NCBI GenBank assembly: GCA_035084275.1
Contig: CM068742.1
Coordinates: 86,180,001 to 86,244,000 of the forward strand
DNA from: Hydrolagus colliei
Lineage: Eukaryota
DNA: 64,000 bases
Direction of reading: 5' to 3'
Shown in pieces: positions 37,791-50,371 of the stretch. The position numbers and the translations under genes are program-made. Each line of letters begins with the position of its first letter. Position 1 is the first letter of the stretch. The notes beneath the pieces were generated by a model. The model saw only the letters and a list, made by a program, of their open reading frames with translations, was not told where the DNA came from and made no database searches.

Positions 37791-38229
37791 TCTTTCATCT
37801 TACATTTCTTACGTTCTCATGTACAGAGCCACACAGTCTCACTCTTTGGTAACTGAAAAGGGTAGTATTTGCAAAAAAACAGTGACTTTTGTTCACCATA
37901 GACGAGAATAAATAATCCTTGCATTTTTGCATAGATGGTTCCACATCAGGAGGATGTATTGAAGCACTTATAGAATTTTTATGTAAATATAGTGGCTGTG
38001 TACTGTCAGGCAAACACAACAGCCAATCTGCACAATTTCTTATAAACAGCCATGAAGTGAATGACCTATTTTTCTCATTTTAGGGATTGTTGGCTAGGGC
38101 ACTGGGAGTACGCTCTTCAAAAACTACTATGGGACTATAATATCCACCTGAACAGGCAACCAGAATGTCGGTTTAGCTTGTCATCAGAACAGTGGCACCT
38201 CCGACAATGCTGCACACTCCCAGCACTAC

Positions 38230-38561
38230 ATGTAGCTCAGTGGTTAGAGCACTTGTCCTACAAGCGAGAGACCTGGGTTCAATTCCAGGCAGGGCAAAAC
38301 CTTGGGCAAGTTTCCTTACTCCTCATGCCTAATAATAATCCTTCAAAAATTAAAAATAAATTAAAAATTGGTCATTTCAATCCAGGACTGTTGGTGGGAC
38401 ACTGCCATGCGCAATTGGCTGCCCCATTTCACCCATATATATATATAGAGAGAGAGAGTCAATTCAATTTACAGTATATTCTGTGAAGCGCTTTGAGACG
38501 TCTATATAAAAGACGTGAAAAGCGCTATATCAAATGCAAGGATTATTATAATTATTATTAT
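38230..38561 (+). mobile_element. Young SINE inserted into an old minus-strand DeuSINE (37915-38640)
   Basis: The old element resumes at ~38562 after the (ATT)n tail. Confidence 0.85.
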
Positions 38562-39269
38562 TGGAGTGTCAGGTTAGACTGTGAGTCTGAAACTCCAACC
38601 TTCTGATTCAGATGCAAGAGCTCTGCTAACTGACCCAGGCTGACACACAAAGATACCTGAAGCTACACAGGACTATTTCTAACCAAAAAGTTTTTGGAAG
38701 ATACAATCATATAATTGTTGTGGGGTGAGTGTGACTGCTAACCTAACCATGCAGGAGTGTCCTACAGCAGCAAGTAAAGGGAAGGCCAATTCATATGACA
38801 GTCATTCATGAGAGAGTAACACTAGAAGCTGGCAGTAAGATATAATTAAAGCTACCTACAAGAAAAATATTACTGTAGCAAGGATTGTAGGCTCTGACAT
38901 TCAGCAAGTCAAACACAAAAGGTGTACTGTCATAATAATAGCAAGAATAATAATCCTTGCGTTTGATATAGTGCCTCATTGCATCATTTAGCCATCTTAA
39001 AGTGCTTAACAGAATGCATTGTAAAGTGAATTGGCTGTATATTTTGTGTTGCAGAAATAATAATAATAGCAATAATAATACTAATAATAATTCTTGCATT
39101 TGATATAGCGCTTTTCACATCTTCTAGACATCTTCTAGATGTCTCAAAGCGCTTTACAGAATATACTGTAAAGGGAATTGACTGTGTATCAGTGGGCGAA
39201 ATGTGGAGGCCAAACCATCACAAGTTGAAATAAATAACTCAGCTCGCTTGTGTGCTATTACTTTATCAT

Positions 39270-39530
39270 TTAGTTCAAGGAGCTACTGAGTAAATAGACA
39301 AAGCACAGAGACCAGGAAGATCCCAGGTTCGATCCCAGCTCTCTGCTGAATTAGCTGACCTTAGGTGGGCCACAATAAAATAGCTACAATAATACACAGC
39401 AGCCAAGGTTATGGAGGGGAAAATTAGATAGAAATTCCTATTCCTTATTGCTATCCAATGCGGCACCTGTGCTCCAAATTGCTTGCCCAAACTGACTGTC
39501 AAGATAGACATGTGAACAATAACCGGCTGA
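39270..39530 (+). mobile_element. Old unclassified tRNA-type SINE
   Basis: B box GGTTCGATCCC followed by TGCTGAATTAGCTGACC. Weakly similar diverged copies at ~20710-20970 (-), 61590-61850 (+) and 63730-63900 (-). Confidence 0.5.
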
Positions 39531-40605
39531 ATAAGGAGTTATATCTCAAGGGAAAAAGAGTTGTCTGCAGGAGAGGGGGAAACTTGCGACAACACAGCAC
39601 TCTGCCTGCAGAGAATGGAATTTCTGGATGTTATCGGTTTAGTAAACAGGCTGTGCTTTGACTTCCAATGTAAGAGCTTCCGAAGCTGGTTGGTGCTAAG
39701 GAGCTCTTATCAGCCTACAAGCTCAGCAGTCGTGAATAAGGGAGAGCAAAGCCTGCCCTATCATTCATAACATTTGCAGAGTATGAAGAGCGGCTGAAGC
39801 CTACAGAAAGAACCAGTTTCAGAAGAAAAGGGGCCTTGTTATGTTTTACTTCCTGTCAAAGATGCTTATCAGCTATGGTTGGCACAGTTTCAATGAAGCC
39901 TGTTAAAAGCTAATGAGGTTATTTATGTGTGTGCCTGGAACCAAAAAAACACCTTATGAGGAGGGCAATTCCCAGAATTGATGGACCTCATCGGGGCACA
40001 ACGCTGAGCCTTCATCCTTGAAGGACAATTTGCTTGTGGGAAGAATCATACCAGAAGCTATTTGCTTTGTAAGCAGTTTGGCTGGCTTTATTTTCTTTCA
40101 AAAAAAAAGAGGATTAATTGTGTCCTGTTGCACAGAACAATAAGCCGCAGAGGTTGACTTTGTTACTCTAAACAAAGACAGTGTTCCTCGAGGGTAAATT
40201 GAGCATTTTTTGCCCATTAAATGTAGAATGGACTTTTCAATATATTCTGCAAAGCCTGTGAGATGTCTCAATGATGTGATAAGGAGTTATTTCAAATGCA
40301 AGGATTATCATTATTACAAACAGCAATGGTTGAGTGAACAGACAAAAGAAATTCCAACATTGTTTTCATTGAATTCCAGCAGAACATCTCTATGGAATTA
40401 TAGATAGGTTGCAGAGACATTTTTTCCAAAATGATCCATAAGTGCTTGGAACAATGCAACTGAAATTCTCCAACCTCCTGACCCACATGTTTGTGGGCTT
40501 CACCTTAAGATCATTGTCTTAAATTTTAACATTCCACAAAAATGTTGGAAAGTTTTAAATACTCAGTCTTATTTTTCATGTGGGTATTCCAAAGATCTTA
40601 TAATA

Positions 40606-40850
40606 TAATAATAATCCTTGCATCTGATAAAGCACTTTTCACATCTTCTAGACGTCTCAAAGCGCTTCATACAATACACTGTAAAGTGGATTGACTGTAT
40701 ATTTGTGGGCTAAACGCGGCAGCCAATTGCGCAAAGCAGTGTCCCACAAACAGGCGAGGATTGAAGTGACCCAATTTTATTGTTATTTTTGAGGGATTAT
40801 TATTAGGCGTCCAGAGTAGGGAAACTTGCCCAAGATTTCGCCATGCCTGG
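40606..40850 (-). mobile_element. SINE short form, head truncated by an adjacent L2 fragment
   Basis: Tail and Deu motif intact. Confidence 0.85.
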
Positions 40851-40855
40851 ATCTT

Positions 40856-41400
40856 AACAATAACACATTACATTTATACAGTGCTTTTCACATGAGGAGG
40901 AATGTCCCAAGGCACTGGATAATCACTGGTTTATCCTGAGCTGTGGGGTGGATACTAGAGGGATGGGGGACCAAGAAGGTGGGAGTGGGAAGATCGCCAA
41001 AGGCGGGGTCAAAGAGATGGACCTTCAAGGAGGCTAGCAAAGGGCAAGATGAAGGGATTCAGAATGGAGTTCCATAGAGTGGGGGCAAAAAGGCTAAACA
41101 AGCGGCCATCATTAGTAGGACAGGCTGGTGTGAGGGATGTGAAGCAAGCCAGTGTCTGCAGAGCAGAAGGAAAGGGAGCTTTGGTAAGGTTTTAGAAGGT
41201 CAGAAAGGTAGGATGTGGTAAGATTGTGGAGGGCGTTAAAAGTGAGGACAAGGATCTTGAACTCAATCCTTTGGGAGATGTAGAGCCAATGTAGTTGAGC
41301 AAAGATGGGAGTGATAAGCTCACCGAGCCTCCTGCCAGAGAGAATAAGGGCAGCAGAATTTTTAATAGTCTGCAGCTTGCGGAGGGAAGAGTTGTGAAGA
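40856..41400 (-). mobile_element. L2 LINE 3' fragment
   Basis: ORF 41112-41414 contains LHWLYISQRIEFKILVLTF; tail hairpin at 40856-40917. Confidence 0.85.
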
Positions 41401-42174
41401 AGTGATAAAAGCATGGATAAGGATCTCTGCTACCTGAGGGGCGGTAGGAAAAATTCCGAAGGAGAATAGCTTAACAGGTCAAGGCTGTGTGATGTGTGAG
41501 AAATTAAAAATGGAAAGAAACTCTGAAATTTCAAGATAACAGGTTTAAGGCTAAAACGTATGGAAAAAAAAACGGCTTCCAAATTACATGCCTCGAGAGG
41601 GAAACTTGCAATACTGTAATTGGCTTTGTTGGCAAGACGCCAACTAAGTTATAATTGAATTAAAGAGGCTATTTTCATTATTGGTGTGCTGCCAAACTAC
41701 TGAAGCTGCAGTTCGCAAAATGAGTCTATTTGGTGGAAAGAGGACTAGCTCTCTCGCTGTGTTTTAGTGTTTTGTTACTGTTAGTTGATATAACAGGATA
41801 TTTGATCCAGGCTGAAAAATTTGGTGCCTCAAGTGACACAATCAATGATATTGTTGACTGATTTACCTACTTTATCATAATCACATAGGGATCTATTCGG
41901 GGAGCAGATTTTATCTCTGATATAAGACACGGCTAATAAGAGCTGAATATGGATTGCAATGGTACAGCCACAGTATCTCATCACTTCACAGCTGCCAGAG
42001 CTATTCAGATATTATAATTGTGCACTTGGCTGATCTTCAAAATCATCTTCAGGACATCAGAGAAAAATCTCTGGCCATGGTAAAGCATGGTAATGCAAAG
42101 CATTGTGTCACATTTTGATAACACAATACTGTGTAACGCCATCATAACTCTCTGTTATAATATGGGTTAACTTA

Positions 42175-42542
42175 TAATAATAATCCTTGCATTTGATATA
42201 ACACCTCATCAAGTCTTCAAGATGCCTGAAAGCACTTCACAGAATATACTGTAAATTGAATTGTCTGTATAATTTGTGGGCAAAACATGACAGCCAATTG
42301 CATACAGTAGTGTCCCACAAACAGTTGTGGAATGAGTGACCAAATTATTCGTATTTTTGAATGGATTATTAACCCCCGGAAAAGTGATCCGCCAATCGAT
42401 TTACAAGTGGGTTCCTACTCATTGCTGGGTAAACAGCCATGTAGAGTAAGGAAACTTGCCTAATATTTCACCCTGCTGGGAAATCAAATCAGGGCCTCTG
42501 ATTTGCCAGGCAATAGCTTTAACCACTAAGCTACAGGACTCC
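42175..42542 (-). mobile_element. SINE, long form
   Basis: Full-length match. Confidence 0.88.
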
Positions 42543-42663
42543 AAATGTCTATAGAGTTCTACGTTGACATTCATTTATCCAAAATGGGCCCAGAAAGACC
42601 CAAGGCTTTCTGTACCTAAGGCAAAAATTAATTGACTTCCATCACATCACTATTAAACACGCA

Positions 42664-43724
42664 CATCACCATTTACACGCTCCCTCTGGGCGATGTCATC
42701 CGCAAACATGGGGTAAATTTCCACATGTATGCGGACGACACCCAGTTGTACCTTTCTGCCTCATCCCTCAACCCCCAGACCATCGATGTTCTGACAGCAT
42801 GTCTGTCCGACATTGAGTCCTGGACGAGGGACAACTTCCTCCAATTGAACGTGAGCAAGACCGAGGCCCTCCTGATTGGCTCAAGCCAGCGCCTCCGCAC
42901 ATCGGGCGCTGCCAGCCTCAACATCCAAGGCTGTACTCTCCACCTCACAAAGCCAGTCAGGAACCTCGGCATCACGTTCGACCATAAACTCTCCTTCCTC
43001 CCCCACATCCGTGCCTTGACTGGCACTGCTTATTTCCACCTGCGCAACATTGCCAGGCTCCGCAACTACCTCACCCCCCACGCTGCCGAAACACTCGTGC
43101 ACGCGTACATCACCTCACGGCTGCACTACGGAAACTCTCTCCTCGTCGGCCTCCCCAGTTCCTCCATTCACAGGCTGCAGGTCATCCAAAACTCTGCAGC
43201 CCGTATACTATCCCGCACCCGCCTCCGCGACCACATAACCCCCACCCTCGCCCGTCTCCACTGGCTCCCCATCCTCCAGAGGATCGAGTTCAAGATCCTC
43301 GTCCTCACCTTCAAGGCCTTACACGGCCTTGCCCCGCCCTACTTAACCAACTTACTTTCCCCCTATAAGCCCACCCGGACCCTCCGTTCAGCAGGTCTTG
43401 GCCTGCTCCAAGCCCCCCGCCCAAACCGCCCCACCATTGGAGGCCAGGCTTTCAGCTTTTCCGCTCCCACCCTGTGGAATTCCATCTCCCAATCCCTCTG
43501 TCTTGTTTCTTCCCTGTCCTCTTTCAAGGCCAGTTTGAAGACTTTCCTCTTCGACCGTGCCTTTTGTTCCCCCCCGAATTTTTCGACCTCCCCTACGTGT
43601 TTCACCCCTTCCCGAACACTCCCCTCCCAGCTCGGGTCACACGCCTCCTGTGCAGCGCCTTGGGACATCCTCCCGACGTGAAAGGCGCTTTATAAGTTTA
43701 AGTTGTTGTTGCTTTGTTGTTGTT
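42664..43724 (+). mobile_element. 5'-truncated young L2 LINE (RT C-terminal half, uninterrupted frame)
   Basis: HMYADDTQLY, NFLQLNVSKTEALLIG, RNLGITFD, QNSAARIL, LHWLPI. 3' hairpin GCGCCTT...AAGGCGC and (GTT)n tail. Confidence 0.95.
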
Positions 43725-45956
43725 ACTGCACCCTGATGGAAGTTGTCTGTTGTTCATTGCGCATGATAGATGCAATGCACAGGCAGTCAATGCTGCCAGA
43801 TACTGGTGAGGTGACTGTGTATTTTGCAGATGAATGGCATAACTAACTTGCACACAGCAGTGTATCAAAAATAGCCACAAAGTGATGAAGAATTGTTGCC
43901 CAGGACACCAGAAGAAACTCCCTTTTCTTTACAAATATTGCCATGGGATCTTTTTGTCAAACTGAATACAGGCAGACAGGAAGGACCTCTGTTTAACTTC
44001 TCACCCGAAGGACGACAGCTCCAACAATGCAGTGCTTCCCAAGTACTGCAACCGATTATCAGTCTAGACTATACGAGTTCCAATTCCCTACATGGGGTTT
44101 GAACCCAGAATCTTCTGACTCAAGAGTTGAGAATCCTATCAACTGAGTCAGGTTCATTGGCTGACTAGCTCACAGGTTTTGAGTTGCAATGGCAATTTCA
44201 ATGCAGAGACCAGGAAGTATATATTTAGCTGTAGGGTGATCAAAAGGTTAATAAGAAAAATGTTTGAGGCCTTGACAATGAAAAATGAAAAAAGCATCTC
44301 GATGCTTGAAGGATGGTAAGTTCAATTCTCACAGCAAACTGTTTTGGTCAATTAGTCCCAGTAAATGCCAATAAATAAATATGGAATATATCCTCTTGAG
44401 ATTCAGCGTAACTTTCATTGTGTTGCTGAATTCACTAACGTGACATTGTTAGTGTCATAACAGGCTTTTCGAAATATATGGGTGTGTGTATATTCAATGG
44501 CGCTATTTGTAAAGGGAAAGGAATTTCTCCTTGGACACCAGAAGAAAATCCCTTCTTTTTATGAATATTGTCATGGGATCTTTATTATCAACCTGAACAG
44601 CAATCCACCATATAAAACTGAACTTTCATTTCATGATTCATTGTTGGACACTGCTGCGTGCAAATTAGTTGCTGCATTTTGCTTACAAAATGACAGTCGC
44701 TGCACTTCACAGTAAATCCAGTGAAACGCTTTGGGACACCTTCCTGACGTGCAATATGCTATACCACATTGTAAGGATTATTATTATTCCAATGTCTGCA
44801 TCCAGAGCCACATGCTGTGCTTTTAATCTCCAAAATAGCATTTTCTAGGCGTAGAAGTGTGCATTGAAAGGAACTAAAGTGATATTCTTTATACATTACT
44901 TGTTAGGAAAGCAATTGCATTACAGAAATACATGTGTGAGACTAATCCTGTATATGTAGGTTGCTTGCCAACGTAAATTTCTGTTGTACACTATTGTGTC
45001 TGTCTTGTGAAGAAATAATTCTCAGAACTTTTGCTTTTGTGCTGATTTGAATAGCAAGCCATAAATGACCCAGGCAAGGTAGCGAAGCTTTAAATGAACA
45101 TAACAGACATAAAACCACACATGAAAAGCGCTTCACCACATTGCACAAAAGAGTGCTTCGCAAAAAATTTGATTTCTTTCCACGCTTCAGCAGAAGCTGT
45201 TACCCTGCGGTGAACCTGGGCTGTGTGTTGTTTACGCTGTTCTCTGAACGAGTTGTGGGCAAGCAATTATAGCAAATGCTATGATGTAAGTCTTCACTGA
45301 GCTGTCCCCTCCACTCCAGATAAAAATACTTTCTCAGTAGTGGTAATTGTGTAATCCTAATTCAGCTAATGTCACGGGTTGCAAAGGTAATGGCTTTGGG
45401 AGATGGGCGAAGACATTGGACTTGCTCTGAATAAAACAATACCATGGTGTGAAAGGAAACAATAAGGTCGATACGTCTTATCACCTCAGGCTCAGATTGG
45501 GATAATGATTCCACAGAAAAATGACAACTCATTACAGAACAAAACACAAGTGCAAAGAGCACAGTAAACCCATTGCCCATATCCATTAGACAAGCTGCCG
45601 TCTCACTCTGAACTAATTAGAAGCCTTGGCAGACACTGCATGCAGACACACACAGCATCTTTTCTCTTTCCTAGTTGTTCATCGTATTTCAATTTCCAGT
45701 TCCTGTAGTTGCTAAAACACCCAGTCAGTCGCAAGCAAGAGAGACAAACACATTTTCAGCCTCCCCACCCCCCATCCGCCTCACTGACAAGAAACAAGCA
45801 GTTCTTGATGCGAGTAAGCAAGCCTCCTCTAGATCTTCACTGCCTTCAATCGCGTTTTTTAAGCACTTAAGAGGGAAGCAATTTAATCACATTTTATTTA
45901 TTATGAAAATTGTGGCAAAATCCTTATATAACTTTACATTACCGAATCTTATATCC

Positions 45957-46311
45957 AAGTGGTTAGACCACACGCCTTGTAAGCAAGAGGCCTGTTCAAT
46001 TCCTGGCAGGGAATCGTTGGGCAAGTTTCATTACTCCATAAGCCTCTGTTTACCTAGCAGTAAGTAGGAACCCAGTTGTTAGTCGACTGGTGGATCGTTT
46101 TTTCCCATCCAAACAAAAATCCCATCCAAAAAATTTAAATAAATACTCAATCGACGACTGTTTGTGGGGGCACTGATGTGCACAATTGGCTGCCATGTTT
46201 CACCCATAAAATATACAGTCAATTCAATTTACAGTATAATCTGTGAAGTGCTTTGAGACATTTTGAAGACATGATCAGGCGCTATAACAAATGGAAGGAA
46301 TATTATTATTA
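45957..46311 (+). mobile_element. SINE, long form
   Basis: Contains GCCTCTGTTTACCTAGCAGTAAGTAGG and the Deu motif. Confidence 0.87.
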
Positions 46312-46940
46312 TAACTGGGTACAATCCAGGCCCTCAGTACAGTGTGTTTTTCATCTCTGAGATGACTCTAAGCGGTTAAAGAGGGATTCAGACAGACAAA
46401 TCAGCCACAAGTCTAATTCATGGTGCATGACTGTCAAAGGAAGCCCAGCTGGGATATCTGTGGAGTTGAGATGCATCCTATCACTCACTTGATCCCCATG
46501 AGAATATACCTCAAGTGGAAGAAAAAAAGGAAGGAGATGCCTTAAGGAAAGGAGGGGAAAATTGGATATAAAACCAAACTCTAGTAGCTGACATGGTTGC
46601 CTTTGAAACATAGTTTTGAAGCTTCTACACATCAATGTGCAACCAATGAGCCATTTTGTGCTCGATGATTTCCAAATGAAACATACATTATTGCAGAAGG
46701 AAACCCTCATACACACAGTCATAAATAACAACCTATTCTGATTTGAGTCAATAGCTTTGAAGTAAATTTTCTAACTTTTGTTTTCCCTTGTCTCTTTGAA
46801 GAACCAATTTCCTAGTACTTATTACTTACTCCATTTACTTAGATACATCTCTCTGGACTTGATAGGACTTGTGTGCTATCCTAAATAAAGGGCACTGTAT
46901 AAACACAAGTTGGTGTTATTGTTGTGTGTTGCATGATATT

Positions 46941-47280
46941 GGAGCTCCTGTGGCTCAGTGGTTAGAGCACTTGTCTTGCAAGCTGGGGAGACCAAGCTGG
47001 GGAGACCTGTGTTCGAATCCAGGCATGTCAGGGACAAACCTTGGGCAAGTTTCCTTACTCCACATGCCTAATAATAATCCCTCCAAAAAAAACACAATAA
47101 TAAAATTGGTCATTTCAATCCACGACTGTGTGTGGGACACTGCTGTGCGCAATTGGCTGCCGCGATTCTCCCACAAACATATACAGTCAATTCACTTTAC
47201 AGTATATTCTGTGAAGCACATTGGGACGTTGATAAGATGTGGAAAGTGCTATATCAAATGCAAGGATTATTATTATTATT
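46941..47280 (+). mobile_element. SINE short form, variant with head duplication
   Basis: CAAGCTGGGGAGAC is tandemly duplicated between the A and B boxes. Confidence 0.92.
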
Positions 47281-47935
47281 GCAAATAGAAGAAAAGATCG
47301 GTCGTTTTTTCATGCTCCAATTTTGGCAGATATACTTGCAGACTCAGCCAGAAATCAAGGTTAAATTACGTTGTGTTAAGTCTCAGTGGCGATAAAGTAT
47401 GCCTTGTTTATAAATGCAGACAGCAAGGCAGGTCAATAAACCAGATTCTCTCATGGGTCACTGCCTTAACTCAACAAAAGAAAAATCTGAATTAAGCCAC
47501 AGGCAATCAAATGTGCAATAACAGCTGTGAGTTTGGCTTCTGACTCAACCATTAACACATTATAGGTCATTATTTGAAACCCATTATCGCCATGTGCTTA
47601 CACAGTCCACTTATTTACCAGATATCTTTATCAATACAATCATTTCTAATTTGATGATGGTTGTACTTGTTTTATTTGTTAGAAATCGCCTTTGTAAAAC
47701 ACATAAACACTTTTCCTGCACTGTTGAATTGAATATATAAAAGAGATCACACTGGTTTTCGTAAATTAATTTACATATCACCAGTTTCCGGTCCATTGCT
47801 CCAAGTTTCAATAGGAATCAGTCCTCAGGTGAAAATAAAAAAGTAGGGAAACAAGAGATTAATGTTGAAAAACAAAAACAGAAGTTGCTGGGGAAACTCA
47901 GCAAGTCAGGCAGCATCCATGGTGAAAGGAGAGTG

Positions 47936-47972
47936 AGTCAACTTTTCAGGTCCATGACCCTTCGTCAGAACT
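47936..47972 (-). ncRNA. Minimal type I hammerhead ribozyme motif (GRID2 sense strand)
   Basis: AGTT-CTGACGA-A-GGGTC-ATG-GACCT-GAAA-AG-T-T-GACT: core boxes, helix II, helix I AGTT/GACT. Confidence 0.7.
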
Positions 47973-48316
47973 GGGGCTTGTTTTGAGGGAGAGGATTTTA
48001 AGGACATTAGAAGGGGAGAGGCAGGAAATGGAAGACAAAGGAGACAAAGGAAAAATAAAAGAGTGTGTTAACTCTTGGGTTGAAAATGTGATAACGATGT
48101 AAGGGGGAGAAACAAAAGGGGGTGGGTTTGAATAAAACTGGGGAGAAGAGATGTTTAGTGGTGATAGAACAAACAAAACACCAGAGAGGCAAGGGGTGTC
48201 TGGAGTTATGATTGTGATGGGGGAAAGGGAGCTCTTATGGCCTGAAGTGGCTGAAATCAATGTTGAGGCCAGAGGGCTGTAGTGTCCTTAAAAACCTCTC
48301 CATCCAAACAAGCCCC

Positions 48317-48353
48317 AGTTCTGACGAAGGGTCATGGACCCGAAATGTTGACT
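48317..48353 (+). ncRNA. Minimal type I hammerhead ribozyme motif
   Basis: AGTT-CTGACGA-A-GGGTC-ATG-GACCC-GAAA-TG-T-T-GACT; predicted cleavage after 48349. Confidence 0.75.
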
Positions 48354-49416
48354 CGCTTTCCTTTCTCCATGGATGCTGCCTGACCCGCTGAGTTTCCCCA
48401 GCAACTTCTGTTTTTGTTTCAGATTCCCAACATCTGTAGTATTTTGTGTTTTGTTCAGGTTAATGTTGAAGATATGTTGCTAAACTTGCTTACTCATCCG
48501 GTTAAACTTTAGCTTACTTCTACAGCCTCCAAGAGAAGGCTGTAGAAGAGAACTTAGCAGCAATTACATGCAGGAAAGCTCTGGCAGCTTGAATCTGCTC
48601 CTCTGAAATAGCATCAAAACCACTTGCAAAGGCAGCAACCATCTCCACGTCATGCCTAATGCATAATCAATGTGAACAGAAAGGCTAAGCAGTCAACCAC
48701 AGTATTTTGTGGTCTTGCTGGTACTGAGCCCCACACATGAACTCCCAGTAAATAAGTTAACCACTGTGTAATATGTATTCCATTATGATAATTCACTGTT
48801 GTTGCAAAAGATTCAACACTTTAGAAAATAATGCAAACTCTTATGAAAATAAATAAACCATAAACATTTGTTTATTTTGATAAACAAACACCTGTTTGCA
48901 TTCAGCCACTCTGCCCTCACCCTTTGGAACTCCATCCCATAGGCACTGCGCCTGCTCCCTCCCTTGCCTCCTTCAAGTCACATCTCAAGCAATCTACTCA
49001 ACCATACATTCGGCAAACCTTCTACTCTCCCTGCCCTCCACCCTTGCTAATCTCAACCCCACCTCCACTGCTCGGGTCCAAATCCCTGACAATCTAGGAC
49101 CTTGGGGCTTCCTCCCGACATGAAAGCCACTATACAAACAAAATTTGTTGTAGTTGCTATTCTGAATGCAAAAAGGCTTTCCCTGAGCGGAAACTGCAGT
49201 GCTATTTGATGAGGTTCTGTTGTGGCATTTGCAGGTGGAAGTTCAGCTTACAATTCTCTATCTAAATATCAAACATGAAGCTAGATTGTTAAAATGTAAC
49301 CACAAGAATAGAATACCAATAGAATACTAATAGCAACAAATGTAAGATTCTGGCAATACCAGCCACAACCCCAACAATAACTTGCATTTATATAGCACAT
49401 TTCACTTTCACTAAGG

Positions 49417-50050
49417 ATAATAATAAATAATAATCCTTGCATTTGATATAGCGCTTTTCACATCACATAGAACAGTGGTTCTCAACCTTTTTCAGTAATG
49501 TACCCCTTGTTAATTTTCAAGATTATCATGTACCCCCATCCAACCACATATTCACACACACCAACCCCCTCATTCCACTTGCATTTTATGACCAAGCTTT
49601 TCTTATATAACACAATAACTAGCACATACATACAAAACAAATAACAATCAAACATACAATTTGGAAGGCTATAAAACACTAAATAAGAGAGTTAAATAAA
49701 TCAATGTACCTGTACCCCCTGGGGTACATGTACCCCTTGGTTGAGAACCGCTGATTTAGATGTCTCAAAGCACTTCACAGAATAAACTGTAAAGTGAATT
49801 GACTTTATATTTGTGGGTGAAATGTGGCAGCGAATTGCGCACAGCAGTGTCCCACAAACAGTTGTGGATTAAAATGACCAATTTTATTATTATTTTTTTT
49901 TTTAGAGATTATTATTAGGCATATGGAGTAAGGAAACTTGCCCAAGGTTTCACCCTGACCTGACCTTGCGCCTTGGGACATCCTCCCGACGTGAAAGGCG
50001 CTCTATAAATGTAATTTTGTTGTTGTTGACCTGCCTGAATTTGAACACAT
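49417..50050 (-). mobile_element. SINE short form interrupted by a hAT MITE and an L2 mini-tail
   Basis: SINE sequence resumes collinearly after 49753 and after 50028. Confidence 0.88.
49473..49753. mobile_element. hAT (Charlie/MER5-type) MITE, 281 bp
   Basis: TIR CAGTGGTTCTCAACC / GGTTGAGAACCGCTG, repeated subterminal TGTACCCC motifs, degenerate 8-bp TSD (ACATAGAA/ATTTAGAT). Confidence 0.88.
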
Positions 50051-50170
50051 GTCCCAAGATGCTGGACAGTGAAGAGTTTGTAGCTGAGCTGGGGTTACAT
50101 TTGGAAGGGGTAGTAGATACCATCGGGTGTGGGGGTAAAGTGGTGGTTTAATCACAGTCTGATTTTTAAA

Positions 50171-50371
50171 AAAAGATACTGCAGATGCTGGAAGTCTGAA
50201 ACAAAAACAGGAACCGCTGGGAACACTAAGCAGGTCAGGCAGCATCTACGGAGAAAGGAAAAGTGAGTCCTGGTGACTGGTTGTGGACCCAAAACGTTGA
50301 CTCACTTTTACTTTCTCCCTAGGTGCTGCCTGACCTGCTAAGTGTTCCCAGCCACTTCTGTTTATGTTTCA
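50171..50371. mobile_element. Penelope-like terminal fold-back, ribozyme core deleted
   Basis: Inverted arms homologous to 26224-26457. Confidence 0.83.

Larger units (their letters stand above)
47870..48456 (-). mobile_element. 5'-truncated Penelope-like element with inverted pseudo-LTR
   Basis: Minus strand 48288-48235 encodes TLQPSGLNIDFSHFRP*, the GIY-YIG C-terminal PxGLN motif. Inverted arms at 47870-48001 and 48289-48420. Flanking direct repeat TTAATGTTGAA at 47859-47869 and 48460-48470. Confidence 0.88.
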
